The notes: a model not told the origin generated them from the sequence alone. Shown: positions 25,302 through 36,413, numbered from the stretch's first letter. The stretch: DNA of 64,000 nucleotides from Lepidodermella squamata (GCA_047495785.1 JBLDXI010000002.1:930001-994000); one strand, 5' to 3'. Program-made: numbers and translations.

Positions 25302-27382
25302 CTAGAAACTGTCGGCGTCGTAGTCGTTGAGTCGAACGCATCGGCCGTAAGTTTCCCATTGGCCATCTTCAGAGCACTTGATCAGCGGCGTCGCTTCTGG
25401 GAAAAATCCAGGGTTGCAGGTCACTGACCGCTCGGCTAGCTGCATTGAACCACCGCCATTTACCAGCCCGTTTTCGATCGACGGTTCGCCGGTACAATAG
25501 GCTTGAAAAATCAAAGATGTGTGGATAAAATTGCACGAAAAATTTCACAAAAAATAGGGAAAATGAAATTAGTTTTGAAACAGGGACTTGAAAAAATTAG
25601 GAAATTATTAATTAAAAATTTTTTTAAATTAAAATATACAAGTGAGAAATAATTTTCAGAATTTTTCCAAAAAATTTTCAAAATATTTTCGAAAATTTTA
25701 AAATTAAATTCTAGAAATTCCTCACAAAATTAAGAATTTTAATAATATTTTTCAATGTTTTTCAGATTTTTTGCTAATTTTCGAACTTTGAATATAATAG
25801 ATTTTAATCTAATTTTTTTCCTGAGAAATCGAAACTAACCCATGCAAGTGTATTTCCCGTTGAGATCATCAGACCAAGAGCCAGTGTCCAAGCACGTGAC
25901 CTCAATGCCATGCTTCCTCATATTCGGCCTGATGCAGTGAATTCTCGCAACTGTCCCGGCTGGGACTTTCGGCCTGTTCGTATCAGCCCATTCGCCGTCC
26001 TCGTCGCGCAGCTGTAACCTGCCCCGGTTGTTGTAGATCCGCGTCATGCCGCAATACGGGCCCTGGCCAGCGTTTTTCGGCGCCGTCGATTGCGTAGTCG
26101 AGTCCAGATCTGCTTTAAATTCCGCCACCGCGTTCGACCGGTTCGAGCAAATATGACCGAGTCCGATGGTAAATTCGCCGTCGAGTTGGCATGTCGTCAC
26201 AAATACGGGGTTGTCAGCTGGAAGGTGGCCACATGTGACGCGAAATTGCTCGCCGTACGACATGGACGATCTCCTGAGCGGCAGCCATCTCGAGTCGGGC
26301 GTTTTCCGAATTTCGAGTTTTTGATAGGTTCCAAGGTAAGGCACACGGCAGTAAGCAGCGCCTCGTTCACTCTGAAAATAAGGAAATTGGTAAGGTAAAA
26401 TAAAAAAAAATTCGAAATAAAATTTTAAATTTAATCTTGGAAAAATTAAATGGGTCAACAGATTTGCGCCACTAAAATTGAGGTTCTAGCACCGAAATTT
26501 AGCGTCATTTCGTTATACAAATGTTTTTAAATTATTTCTGATTTCTCGCTTTCTTGATGAATTGCGCCCTCTTTTTCATCTTATAGGTACCTATACCTGG
26601 AACCATCAGCTGCAGTGAAAACATTCTCAATGCTGGCTTCCAAGCCCAATTATATCGGAAAAATTGATATGAAATTGATAAAATCACTGATTTGTAAAAT
26701 CGATACTTGAAATCGATATTGACTCTGAGGGCCGAAGCCTCGTGGATCCATTAGTTCGGTATTAGTATAAAAAACCCACATTCCATGGAAGACTTGAAAT
26801 TCGAAAAATATTTGTTTGGAAAATTTGGTACTGGAACCCTAAATTTAGGATGCGCACAATTTAATATAATATTTTTTTATTTTTAATTAATAACAGAAAT
26901 TCGATTAAATTTGAGAAAGTTAAATTAAAATATGTAATTAAAATTATAAAAAATGGATCTTACTCCGTCATCGTCATCATCACCATCAGCAGTGGTTTCT
27001 GGAAGGTTAATTGGCGCAACGTCGCCGAGTTTCACGCATCGGTGGCTGAAGGGCGGTGACCAGTCGTTGTCGCCCTCGCAAGTCAACTGCCAGCTGTCGT
27101 CCGGCGATTTGAGCTGGTATTTATCACGGCAGTAGATTCCGATAACTGTATTCGCATTGACCCTAGTCAGGTTAGTTTGAGAAGGTTCGACATCGCCTAG
27201 TTTTTTCTCGTCGATAACGCTGATAAATCCGTGCTTGATCAAAGGAACTCTGCAATGCTAGATTTATAAAAAAAATATCTTAAAAATCACTGAGTTTTGA
27301 GTCAAGTATAACTGACCGGTCGTTGATGAGCTAACGACAAGGTTGAGCATAAAGCGAAGGCCAAAACTGGAAGTAGGATCAT
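25302..27382 (-). CDS. Secreted multi-Sushi/CCP domain protein (4 exons)
   Basis: Signal-peptide exon at 27382, then exons with C-P...C...C..DG.W....C Sushi patterns (ORFs 26925-27242, 25835-26458, 25302-25514). Confidence 0.7.
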
Positions 27383-27696
27383 TTTGTTAACCATTAAATT
27401 GTAAAAACTTGAACTGCTCTGTTATGAAGAGTTCAAATTTGGGATAGAATTAAGTAAATATTTGTTGGGGGTGGCTCAGGTGGTGCAGCCCTTATTTGCG
27501 GCTTGATAACAGGTGTGTAACTTGGTGCAACATTTGGTTTCCCGCGAAAATTTGAAAAATTAAGCAAATAATGCGAAAAATGGGGACTGGCTAAGTTAAA
27601 TCAAACGAAGTGCACTTTCATACATATTTATGTATGACAAAATTAACTTGCATACATATTTTTTTCATAAAATCGTGTTTTTTAGCCAAACTGTGA

Positions 27697-27808
27697 TTGG
27701 GAATTGGGAATTGGGAATTGGGTTTAGGGGTTAGGGTTAGGGGTTAGGGTTAGGTGCCAGGGTTCGGGTTCGGGTTAGGGTTAGGTTCAGGGTTTGGTTA
27801 GGGTTGGG
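27697..27808 (+). repeat. Degenerate interstitial telomere-like tract (TTAGGG/TTCGGG/TTGGGA)
   Basis: ttgggaa units followed by ggttagggttaggggttagggttagg...ttcgggttcgggttagggttagg. Confidence 0.75.
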
Positions 27809-28368
27809 AAATTTCGAGTTTCGGGTTTCCACGAAGCTCGATTTTTGGGCCCTTGCGCTTCCCCAATAACCATTTTCATGCGGAAAAAATGTTTTCAGCT
27901 TGAATTTAATGAAAAAATATGTATGAAAGTTTTTTTTGGGCGATTTTGATTTATTCCGACATGAAAATATCGATTTTCTCGATTTTCCCAAGTTCGATTT
28001 TTCCGTAGGGGTATACCCTTTTTATGCACCCTATTTTGGCCCTATTATGCACCCTGAACCGGCAGAATTTTATGGTGAAAGATTCATGGCGATCCGAGTA
28101 GTCACTTTTTTACTGTAATTTTTTGAAAATATGAAAAGAAAAGTCGGCTGGTTTCAGTCACATATTTGGTTGTCGGATGAAAAAAGTTTTCCCCTAAATA
28201 AAATGTGTATGAAATTATTTTTTTTTACAAAAATGAGTGCCTTCCGGTTTGCCATGAGCAAATTTCCCCCAATCATGGTCTACTTACTACTCTGAATATC
28301 GCTACTGAATACCGCGGTAAAACGTCAAATAATAAACCTAAAATTATAGACCGCACTGTAGCCTATAA

Positions 28369-29091
28369 AATAGCGATAAATTTTCCCAATGTTGGATTTC
28401 GTCACAGCTTTTCATAATATTGGGAGTGAACTGCTCTTTACGACCTATTTAGCTGTCAAACCTGAAGGGTTATCCGCATTAGGTAGTCCAATCAAAATTT
28501 AACGAGTGACTCAATAACTCGATTGTATTTCCCCCATATCTGAGATAAAAAGCTTTAAAATCGTCGACATAGGCTTGGATTTTACGATGGTGAGCAGAAA
28601 CAAATTACATTCGGTTTCGAAAAGCACGCAAAGCCGGTTTTCAGCTCATTTTCGATAGACAAGCTGCCATTCTGTTTTTCGTTCGTTCGTTCGTTCGTTC
28701 AATACACATTTTCATTCAATTCTTCCCAAGCATTCCTAATTGCTGCTGATGAAACAATTCGATTTTATGTGCAGACAATTCGATTCCTGTGGTTCAGTTC
28801 CAGCGTAGCGAGAAAAAAAACTGAAAATCATTTTTATTGCACGTTTATTAAAGCATGGAAATGTGCAGGGGGAGATATTTACTCAGGCCTGCTGTTGTAG
28901 TTGTCTTCCTCACGCTTAGCCTCGAGGTAGTTTTATTCATAGTTTTATTGGCCGCTTTGCTGGTCACCTTGCTGGCCACCTCGTTGGCCACCTTGTGTGA
29001 GACCGTGCTGGCCGCCCTGTTGGCCACCTTGGCCGCTTACCAGGTCACCTAGCTGGCCGCCCTGTTGGCCACCTTGGCCGCTTTGCTGGTC
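28369..29091 (+). repeat. Left copy of 723-bp direct repeat flanking the Maverick (3' part of peptide gene D)
   Basis: Matches 52870-53593 apart from one A in a homopolymer; abuts the left TIR exactly. Confidence 0.93.
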
Positions 29092-29219
29092 AGGAGGATG
29101 ATTAGGGCGGAACGAAAAAATAGCCTCAAAAAATTAGCTTATTTATTTGATTTTCCATGTTAAATATTAGTGCAAAACTGGATGCTAAAAATGGAGGATA
29201 TTTTTTTTTTTTCACCCTG
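29092..29219 (+). repeat. Left terminal inverted repeat
   Basis: AGGAGGATGATTAGGGCGGAACG...; first ~90 bp match the right TIR with one mismatch, then the copies diverge. Confidence 0.93.
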
Positions 29220-29347
29220 TTTTTTATAAAAATGTCACCCGCTGCAACACATGCTATATGATTTTTTTTTCGAACTCAATTTTATTGTTATATCAGTGAA
29301 CACATGAAATCAATAAATGAATGGTGTCATTAAGCCATTGTCAAGAA

Positions 29348-30022
29348 TTAATTGATATGACGGCCAAATCTAAGAACGCCAGGACCGCGGCCAACACCTC
29401 CAGTCAACAGAGCAAATCCTCCGATGAGTCCAACAGCAGTTAGTAATGCAGAGAGCCCAGCGCAAGTTGCCAAGAGTACCGCATCCCAACCAATACCACT
29501 ACCACCATTGCTCGATGCCTCATCCTCAACTGCATCTGGAGCTACAACAGGCGACAACAGACCAGTCGTACAATTCGAGAGTGTATCAATTGTCATAAGC
29601 GTTGTAGTAGTGGTTGGCATGGTCGAAGACGGTGGGTTACAGTTGTTTATCGTTGTCGCTCTCTGCGTCGTGGATATCATCTTTCCAGAATCCATACATG
29701 AGACATCCGGCGAAGTCACCCCAACAGGGGGCGTTTGTGTTGACACCGATTTAACTGTGGCAGTTGATATAACAGATATGAGTATTGGCGTCCGTGTGGA
29801 TGTTGGCATCTTTGTAGACGTTTTTGACGTGGGCGGCGGCGTCCAAATTGTGGTCGTAGTACACGGACGCGATCGGACAGTTTTATTACCGGCAAACGAT
29901 GTAACACCCGACGGAGTGGTGTTCAAGGCGTAGGCTGCATTCACTCGGCCCACGGATGGCGGTAGTAATGCCAGTGATATATTTGCCAGTATAAAATTAG
30001 CGACATTAAGAAGCTGTGACAT
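29348..30022 (-). CDS. Mucin-like type I membrane glycoprotein (Maverick accessory)
   Basis: Hydrophobic N-terminus, T/S/P-rich ectodomain with NxT sequons, C-terminal hydrophobic helix, short tail. Confidence 0.7.
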   Translation of the reverse strand: MSQLLNVANFILANISLALLPPSVGRVNAAYALNTTPSGVTSFAGNKTVRSRPCTTTTIWTPPPTSKTSTKMPTSTRTPILISVISTATVKSVSTQTPPVGVTSPDVSCMDSGKMISTTQRATTINNCNPPSSTMPTTTTTLMTIDTLSNCTTGLLSPVVAPDAVEDEASSNGGSGIGWDAVLLATCAGLSALLTAVGLIGGFALLTGGVGRGPGVLRFGRHIN

Positions 30023-30045
30023 CTAAAATAAGTGTAAAAAAGTAA

Positions 30046-30744
30046 TTATTCAGTTTTATTATTACAGTTAGAAGATAGGAAATTATGATCATCCTGCGTT
30101 AGATCAAGACTAAAATGGTGATTATAGATCTTGTTGCAGAACTGAATGAATTCATGAACAAGAGCTATTCCGTCGTCAAGATTTTTCACTCCTATTATAG
30201 TAAATCGTCCCGAGAAAGGGAAGAAATTAACTTTTCGATTGTTAAATGAGAGTCGCATAGCTGAGAAAATTTCAGGTTGATATACAGTTTTAACTGTGTT
30301 CGTCTCCTTGATAAAGTATAGGTATAAAAGATTCAAGTCGATGAATTCAAACGGTAGTCGTCCAGTCAATACGATGTTATGCACTTGGAAGTCTGAATAA
30401 GACGGAGGTTTCGGAGACGATATCCATTTACATATCTTTGATGCAATTTTAGATGACGCCAGCTCGAGACTATTTATATCGCGGAAGTTACGCCCTCCAA
30501 GTAGTAAAACCTTTCCGGATGCGAAGACTCTCGCGGTCACTCGAGGCTCACATTTCAAATTTACACATCTTGGTACCTTCATACTATTGAAATATGTGTT
30601 TACACCTTGACTGGCAAGCAATCGTAAATTTACACATCGATCAAGGTTAAATGTCGCGACAATATTGCCTATTCTGATATCTACAATCCAATCAGCCGTG
30701 ACAGGCTTTGGACTTCTCATTGGTGTTGTCAAAGTACTGTCCAT
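30046..30744 (-). CDS. TATA-binding-protein (TBP/TRF2)-like factor
   Basis: Two TBP repeats: NIVATFNL..VNLRLLA..EPRVTARVFASGKVLLLG and FQVHNIV..IDL..YQPEIFSA..SGRFTIIG; probable ATG at 30744. Confidence 0.85.
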   Translation of the reverse strand: MDSTLTTPMRSPKPVTADWIVDIRIGNIVATFNLDRCVNLRLLASQGVNTYFNSMKVPRCVNLKCEPRVTARVFASGKVLLLGGRNFRDINSLELASSKIASKICKWISSPKPPSYSDFQVHNIVLTGRLPFEFIDLNLLYLYFIKETNTVKTVYQPEIFSAMRLSFNNRKVNFFPFSGRFTIIGVKNLDDGIALVHEFIQFCNKIYNHHFSLDLTQDDHNFLSSNCNNKTE

Positions 30745-31752
30745 GCTGCTGAGCAAAGTGACATCTACCACGCCGCAGAATGTCACTGGCTAGGTTAGCC
30801 GATGGTCGATTGATAGGATCCTTACACAACATTAGATAAATAAGACTAAGAATGGAATCAAAATTTAAAATCGAGCGATGATCAAGATTCAAACTCGAGT
30901 AAAACGCATTTTTACACTGAGTCTTTCGAATAATCTCTTTATATAATGTGGTAAGTTGACGAGATGAAAACAAGGGTTCTAACGTAATTAGTTCTAATAT
31001 AGTTACAGCTAAGGACCAAATGTCGATTTTTTCATCATATTTCTTTTTGGGAAAAACTATCTCGAAAGCTCGGTATGAGAATGTTGTAACAGTATCTGTC
31101 ATAGGTGGAATGAAGGACTCTTCATCACAAATTGCACGAGGAAGTGATGACAATGAGCAGAGCGCATACGGATTCAATCGAGCCATTCCGAAGTCTGCTA
31201 GGTACACGTCCAAGCCATTCTGATGAACCATGATGTTCTGTAAATTGCTAAATATATATAGGTTAATGTAATTGACTAGGAAACCTGAGGACAAATGTCC
31301 CGATGAATAATGTTGAGACTGTGAATCTTGTCCAGTGCATTAAGCATTTGATCGAGCCAACGTGCGGTGAGAAGAGACATCATAGGGACGCTCAGGTTGT
31401 TAATCACATGCCTTAAATCCATTTTGTAGAGTTCCATTACGATATTGAGATCTTGCCCATTCGTGATGGCTGAGTTCGATGGAGGATAAATGACCTCAAT
31501 CAACCTGAAATATTTAAATTGATGACAAATAAAATAACCTCAGCATTTGAATTAAAACCTTGCAATGTTGGCCATTCCAGCTAGCTGGGTAAGGCAAAAA
31601 ATCTCCCGAGTCGCAGATTCATGTTGATATTGATTTGAGAGGCGTATCGTTTTGATCGCGTAGAGCTCTCCAGATTCGACATCGCGGTACTTGGCCACGG
31701 ATCCATAGGTACCGCTTCCGATGTGACTGATGTAAGTGTAATGTCCTGACAT
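30692..31752 (-). CDS. CMGC (CDK/MAPK-like) Ser/Thr kinase, 319 aa (exons 31752-31559, 31504-31285, 31237-30692)
   Basis: GSGTYG, AIK, SATREI, HRDICPQN, DFGMAR, YRAFE, DIWS; two GT-AG introns (54 and 47 bp) restore the frame. Confidence 0.9.
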
Positions 31753-31790
31753 TATTTAAAACGGCTGTTCCTGTTGATAGATAGTTGGCT

Positions 31791-34128
31791 ATGGGTAAAA
31801 CCAAGAATCCCCAGGATCAACTATCCAGTCAATTAGGGGAGATCTACTACTCTCCAAATCACGTAGGCAGTCTTGGTAGCGTCGCGTCGTTATACAAAGC
31901 TTACAAGGAAAAATATCCTAAAAATGGAATTACTGTTAAAAAAGTTCGCGAGTGGTTGGGAAATCAACGTACTTGGAGCGTATACAAGCAGGTTAGTACT
32001 CGAAATAGGAAATCTCGGAAAGTAGCATGCTTCAGTACTCACAGTTTGTATGCTGCAGATCTGTTATCAACGGTAAACGTTCAAGATGAAAACGATGGAG
32101 TAACTTGGCTTCTTACATGTAAAGACACGTTTTCGAGATACGCCTTTGTAGAGCCAATGCAAAATAAGTCAGGCCGAGAAACTGTTCGAGCTATCAAGAA
32201 ATTATCACCCCTCTGAAATTATTTATGCCTTGGTCCTAAAATCAGTCGGCCACTGTGTTGACCATTGTTCGGATTAAAATCAGACCGGCGGATTTTATGA
32301 GCGAGCCGCCGGTCTGATTTGTCTTAACTCGAACGAAGGTCAACTCAGTAGCCGTCAGATGGCAGAGCAAAAATTAAGACAACCCAAAAAGAGACAGGAC
32401 AAACAATAGGTTAAGGAGAAAATGGCGAAAATACAACAAATTCCTGGCTTAGGTAAAGGTAAAAGGCCACGTTGAAAATAGCAAAAAATTAACTAAAATG
32501 GCTTGGCTAATGGAATAGAGCTCAATATTGAATCAAGACAAAAATTCGTTCTAATTTGAATTATACAATTCACCCTGTTTTCTAAGCAGAGATTAAGAAT
32601 AATTCCAGAATTCAAGAGATTTGAACAGGTTTGAGGAAAAGTTACCGTTCTCATTCATTTTAGATTAATTTGTTCAACGCTGTTATCAGTGATCAAAATT
32701 TTTGGATTTGCCAATTGCCAATTTTCGATCAGCTGGTGCTTTAATTTGAAATCAATAGCAATGCCATGAATATCGAAATGCAGGCCGGAAAGAGTAATAG
32801 GGTTAGATCCCTCTATAAATTTTAGGAGCAGTTTGACGGCAACTGAAATTTATCGCCTGAAAGCTGTATTTAAACAAAAAACGGAATTGTATTTACAGTA
32901 GATAATATAGAGCTAGGTCTGACAATCTACATCACCTGAAACCTCAATAATTACTGAAAATACCTGAACTTGAGCCGTTCTTGCCACCTTCGGTTAAAAA
33001 GAATCTATTCAAACCTCCGAAACTCAGCTTAAAACATGCTAGTAGCTTTCGAATCAAAATTCGGAAAAATGAAGCCCGACTAATGTTTACGAAGTCCACG
33101 TGTCTTAGTCCAAAGGAAAAAAAATCAGTCTCTTTTCCGTCGTGACGCGGATTACTACTAGGACATGTCGCAGATGGGTGATAATAAGTATATTGCCTTA
33201 TTTGCAATTTTAGTCAGCTGGCGGATTTTGGTCTCCGGCCTGGCGGCCTCCGACCAAAAATCCGCCCGCTGACTAAAATTACAACTAAGGCAATATATTA
33301 TAAATATTTAGTAGGGTCAAGCAGTTGCCATACGCCCTGGTATGTGATAGAGGGTCAGAATTTGTCAATAAAGAAGTCAAAACGTATTTGAAATCTGTTG
33401 GTGTTCACATGTATGCGACCAACTCGGAGAAGAAAGTCCCTCAAATCGAATCGTTCAACAAGTTACTGAGGATTCGTCTAGCCAAGCTGGCGTTGGCACG
33501 GAACGATTACCGATTCATCGATGACTTGGAAGACATAGTTCAAACATATAACAACTCAGTTCATTCCGCGACGAAACTTACCCCATCTCAACTATATCAT
33601 GATCCTGCAAACGAGAAGAAGAATAAGTTATATGAAAATTCCGAACTTGGACTTGAAGTCTATGAAGGATCCCGAATGCAATATCAAGCGTTCGTAAACG
33701 TGTTTGGGAGCGATCAGCCGTGGCGGACACAAAAGTCGGTGAAATTCGCTTTAGGTGATGTGGTGAGAATATCTGCTGAACGTGGTGTGTTCGACAGAAC
33801 GCGACATATCACCTTTACAGATGAGTATTTCAAAATAGCTAAAGTAATAAAGCCAGACAAGTTCGGACCGTACACATATAAATTATACGAGTGGGATAAG
33901 GATGTTGGCGACTACGTGAGTCCAGTTGCCGGGGTGTTTTACGATCATGAACTTCAAAAAGTCGAATTACCGGAAGAGTACTTAATAGATGAGGTCGGTA
34001 GTGAGAAGCGAAAGTTCCGTGATGGAACAACTCGAGTATTGGTGACTTGGAAAGGATTCCCGAAATCACAAGCTTCATGGGAACCCATCGAGAATATAAG
34101 AGCAGCTAATAGAGCAAGTAACAAGTAA
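31791..34128 (+). pseudogene. Retroviral-like (rve) integrase with C-terminal chromodomain, interrupted by a 1.1-kb insertion
   Basis: AADL/DTFSRYA, CDRGSEF and IESFN DDE motifs; chromodomain LVTWKGFPKSQASWEP; removing 32202-33303 gives a continuous 411-aa ORF (..AIKK|IFSRVKQLPY..). Confidence 0.9.
32202..33303. mobile_element. Non-autonomous insertion with asymmetric subterminal inverted repeats and long hairpins (Crypton- or Helentron/HINE-like)
   Basis: TTATCACCCCTCTG at the left end pairs with CAGATGGGTGATAA at 33171-33184; imperfect palindromes at ~32248-32353 and ~33189-33297; inserted in an A-run; no convincing ORF. Confidence 0.7.
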
Positions 34129-34159
34129 TCAATGAAATTAATATATAAAAGCAAATAAA

Positions 34160-34528
34160 ATGAGCATCATGCTATCGATGAATCGCAAATGGTTCGGAGG
34201 CGACGCACATATCGTAAATACAGACTCTATGCCGCAACTCGACGACGTCCAGCAACGAAACGTCGTAGGCATTGATCGATCGTCAATCGATGAATTCACA
34301 CAGCGCATTGACGACAATCATCGTAACTTAGAGCCGTCTGAGGAACAGTCAAATCAAAGTAGCAGCGGTTGGACAGTCCAATTTCGGCGTAGTCTGAGAG
34401 TCGCATCAGTTGCCTTCTTTCTGACCGCCTGGCTTGTCACTGAAATATTTCGTGCAGCCAACGAATACCTTTGGTGTCGCAATAGTAGTATCCCACCCGA
34501 GTCATCAAATTATCAAAACAGGACATAA
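34160..34528 (+). CDS. Small Maverick protein with one hydrophobic segment
   Basis: 122-aa ORF packed between integrase and mCP; hydrophobic stretch VASVAFFLTAWLV. Confidence 0.55.
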   Translation: MSIMLSMNRKWFGGDAHIVNTDSMPQLDDVQQRNVVGIDRSSIDEFTQRIDDNHRNLEPSEEQSNQSSSGWTVQFRRSLRVASVAFFLTAWLVTEIFRAANEYLWCRNSSIPPESSNYQNRT

Positions 34529-34530
34529 TA

Positions 34531-36381
34531 ATGACCGGTCATCAACAAATCAACTCATTTTACTTGTATCTACCAAGTAATTCGAGCATGTCCTACTACC
34601 CAGACAACAATCCAGCTTCATTTCAAGTTAAATTAGCGAATGAAATTGACCTCGGAGGTGTAGGTAACTGGGAAATGGGACTGATCGAGTATATAGGACC
34701 GGCTACTTGGGAAACTCTAGAAAAAACCAACTATTACGTGTTTAACTGCCATTACGTTATTGGGGAAAAATTCCCGGACGATCCGTTTACGAGTGGGGAC
34801 GCCTTCGAATGCAGTGTCGGTGGAGCTTACTATCCATCCCCTGAGGATTTAGTAGAGCATATGACAAGGTCAAATCCCAAGCCTAACGATATAATTATTG
34901 ATTACGATCGAGTAATCAACCGGGTATCGCTGAGAATCCGCCAAGGGAGTGAGTGGGGGCTGTACATACCTGAGAACTTGGCTAACGTCTTAGGGTTTCC
35001 TGGGGCGGTTCTCGCTATCAATTACTATGATGAGTCAGAAGTAGAGCAGGGCTCTAATCGGGATATATGGTTCGCTAAAGATTTCCAGGGGCTATTAGGT
35101 TATTTTGTGCATGGCTATAAGGTGAATAGACCCCTTATTCACGGTCCGCTGCATCGAATGGAAGGCAATCGATTATGGTACCGCGGCAGAGTCCACACAG
35201 TGGATGAACCGTCAGGTCTAAAACGTGCACGAAGGGACGCAGCTGGACCTGTGCCGGATGCAGAGACGTTCAATGAGGTAGACATGTCATCTCTAATTAT
35301 TAAGCTGAGTGGAAAACGAGGAAATGATCTCGATGAAACACAACCACAGAAAGCACCAATGGCATCTGCAACAACGAAAACAACAACAACAACAACGATG
35401 AATGGAGCGAAAACAACAGCAGCGGTGAAATCTACGGCAACCACGGCGGAGCCACCCAAGACGGTGACGTCTACGACAACCAGTGCGGTGCCACCCAAGA
35501 CGTCTACGGCAACCAGTGCGGTGCCACCCAAGACGTCAACGACAACCAGTGTGGCACCAACCACAGCTGCGACGGTGACGTCAACGGCAACCAGTGCGGT
35601 GCCAACCAAGACGGTGACGTCTACGACAACCACTGCGTCAACGACAACCAGTGCGGTGCCACCCAAGACGTCTACGGCAACCACTGCGTCAACGGCAACC
35701 AGTGCGGTGCCACTCAAGACGTCAACGGTAACCAATGTGGCACCAACCACAGCTGCGACGGTGACCTCAACGGCAACCAGTGCGGTGCCACCCAAGACGT
35801 CAACGGTAACCAGTGCGACACCAACCACAGCCGCGACGGTGACGTCAACGGCAACCAGTGCGACACCAACCACAACGACCACCGTCGCCATCGCACCATC
35901 GCAAACGCCGTCTGATACTCGTAACACAGAAATCTCTGGCGAGGAACCACCAGCGCAACCGGGTCAAAAACGACAACGACTATCGGATATCCTTGACGTG
36001 GAAGACGATGAGGTGAAAATTGGCAATTGGCAAATCGAGACGTCATATCTAGTGTACCATCTATCGAAAACTGAGAAAAAAGTGGCGCCGTATGCAGTGC
36101 AACTAGATTACGGCCTACCATTTATCTGGATGTATTGTGACGTTCTAGAGAGTATAGTTGTGGGAGATGTGAAATCACCCTTATTGCGTATTATCCCTAC
36201 AGAGAAAAATGTCGAACGGAAAGCAGTATTTTCTGTATCTTTTAAAAAACCAATATATGTTAAAATTCAACGTCGTATATTAGATACTATTGCTCTGAGT
36301 CTATATAAAGACAGTGGTCGGCGTATAGCCTTCCAGTCTGGCAAATCAATCGCTGTTGTTCACATCCGTCCTATTGTGTAA
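34531..36381 (+). CDS. Minor capsid protein (penton) with Thr/Ala-rich insertion
   Basis: Polinton mCP-type N-terminus FYLYLPSNSS..YPDN..F..L..W..GL.E and C-terminus YCD.....VGD..PLLR.I...Y..I....G..I.F. Confidence 0.85.
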   Translation: MTGHQQINSFYLYLPSNSSMSYYPDNNPASFQVKLANEIDLGGVGNWEMGLIEYIGPATWETLEKTNYYVFNCHYVIGEKFPDDPFTSGDAFECSVGGAYYPSPEDLVEHMTRSNPKPNDIIIDYDRVINRVSLRIRQGSEWGLYIPENLANVLGFPGAVLAINYYDESEVEQGSNRDIWFAKDFQGLLGYFVHGYKVNRPLIHGPLHRMEGNRLWYRGRVHTVDEPSGLKRARRDAAGPVPDAETFNEVDMSSLIIKLSGKRGNDLDETQPQKAPMASATTKTTTTTTMNGAKTTAAVKSTATTAEPPKTVTSTTTSAVPPKTSTATSAVPPKTSTTTSVAPTTAATVTSTATSAVPTKTVTSTTTTASTTTSAVPPKTSTATTASTATSAVPLKTSTVTNVAPTTAATVTSTATSAVPPKTSTVTSATPTTAATVTSTATSATPTTTTTVAIAPSQTPSDTRNTEISGEEPPAQPGQKRQRLSDILDVEDDEVKIGNWQIETSYLVYHLSKTEKKVAPYAVQLDYGLPFIWMYCDVLESIVVGDVKSPLLRIIPTEKNVERKAVFSVSFKKPIYVKIQRRILDTIALSLYKDSGRRIAFQSGKSIAVVHIRPIV

Positions 36382-36413
36382 TTGCCGTTATTAATAAAAA
36401 TAATAAAAACGCT

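Noticed and set aside
27697-27808. True chromosome end
   Set aside because: Short, degenerate and internal to the window.
28855-29052. Duplicated 65-aa hydrophobic ORF (also 53357-53554)
   Set aside because: Antisense to peptide gene D; identical only because it lies in the flanking duplication.
32202-33303. Integrase interruption as a spliceosomal intron
   Set aside because: Borders are TT...AA, it is about 20 times longer than the other viral introns, and it has transposon-like inverted repeats.
35139-35927. 262-aa Val/Ala-rich antisense ORF (also 29424-29933, 49083-49589, 2906-3568)
   Set aside because: Shadow frames of low-complexity sense-strand coding repeats.
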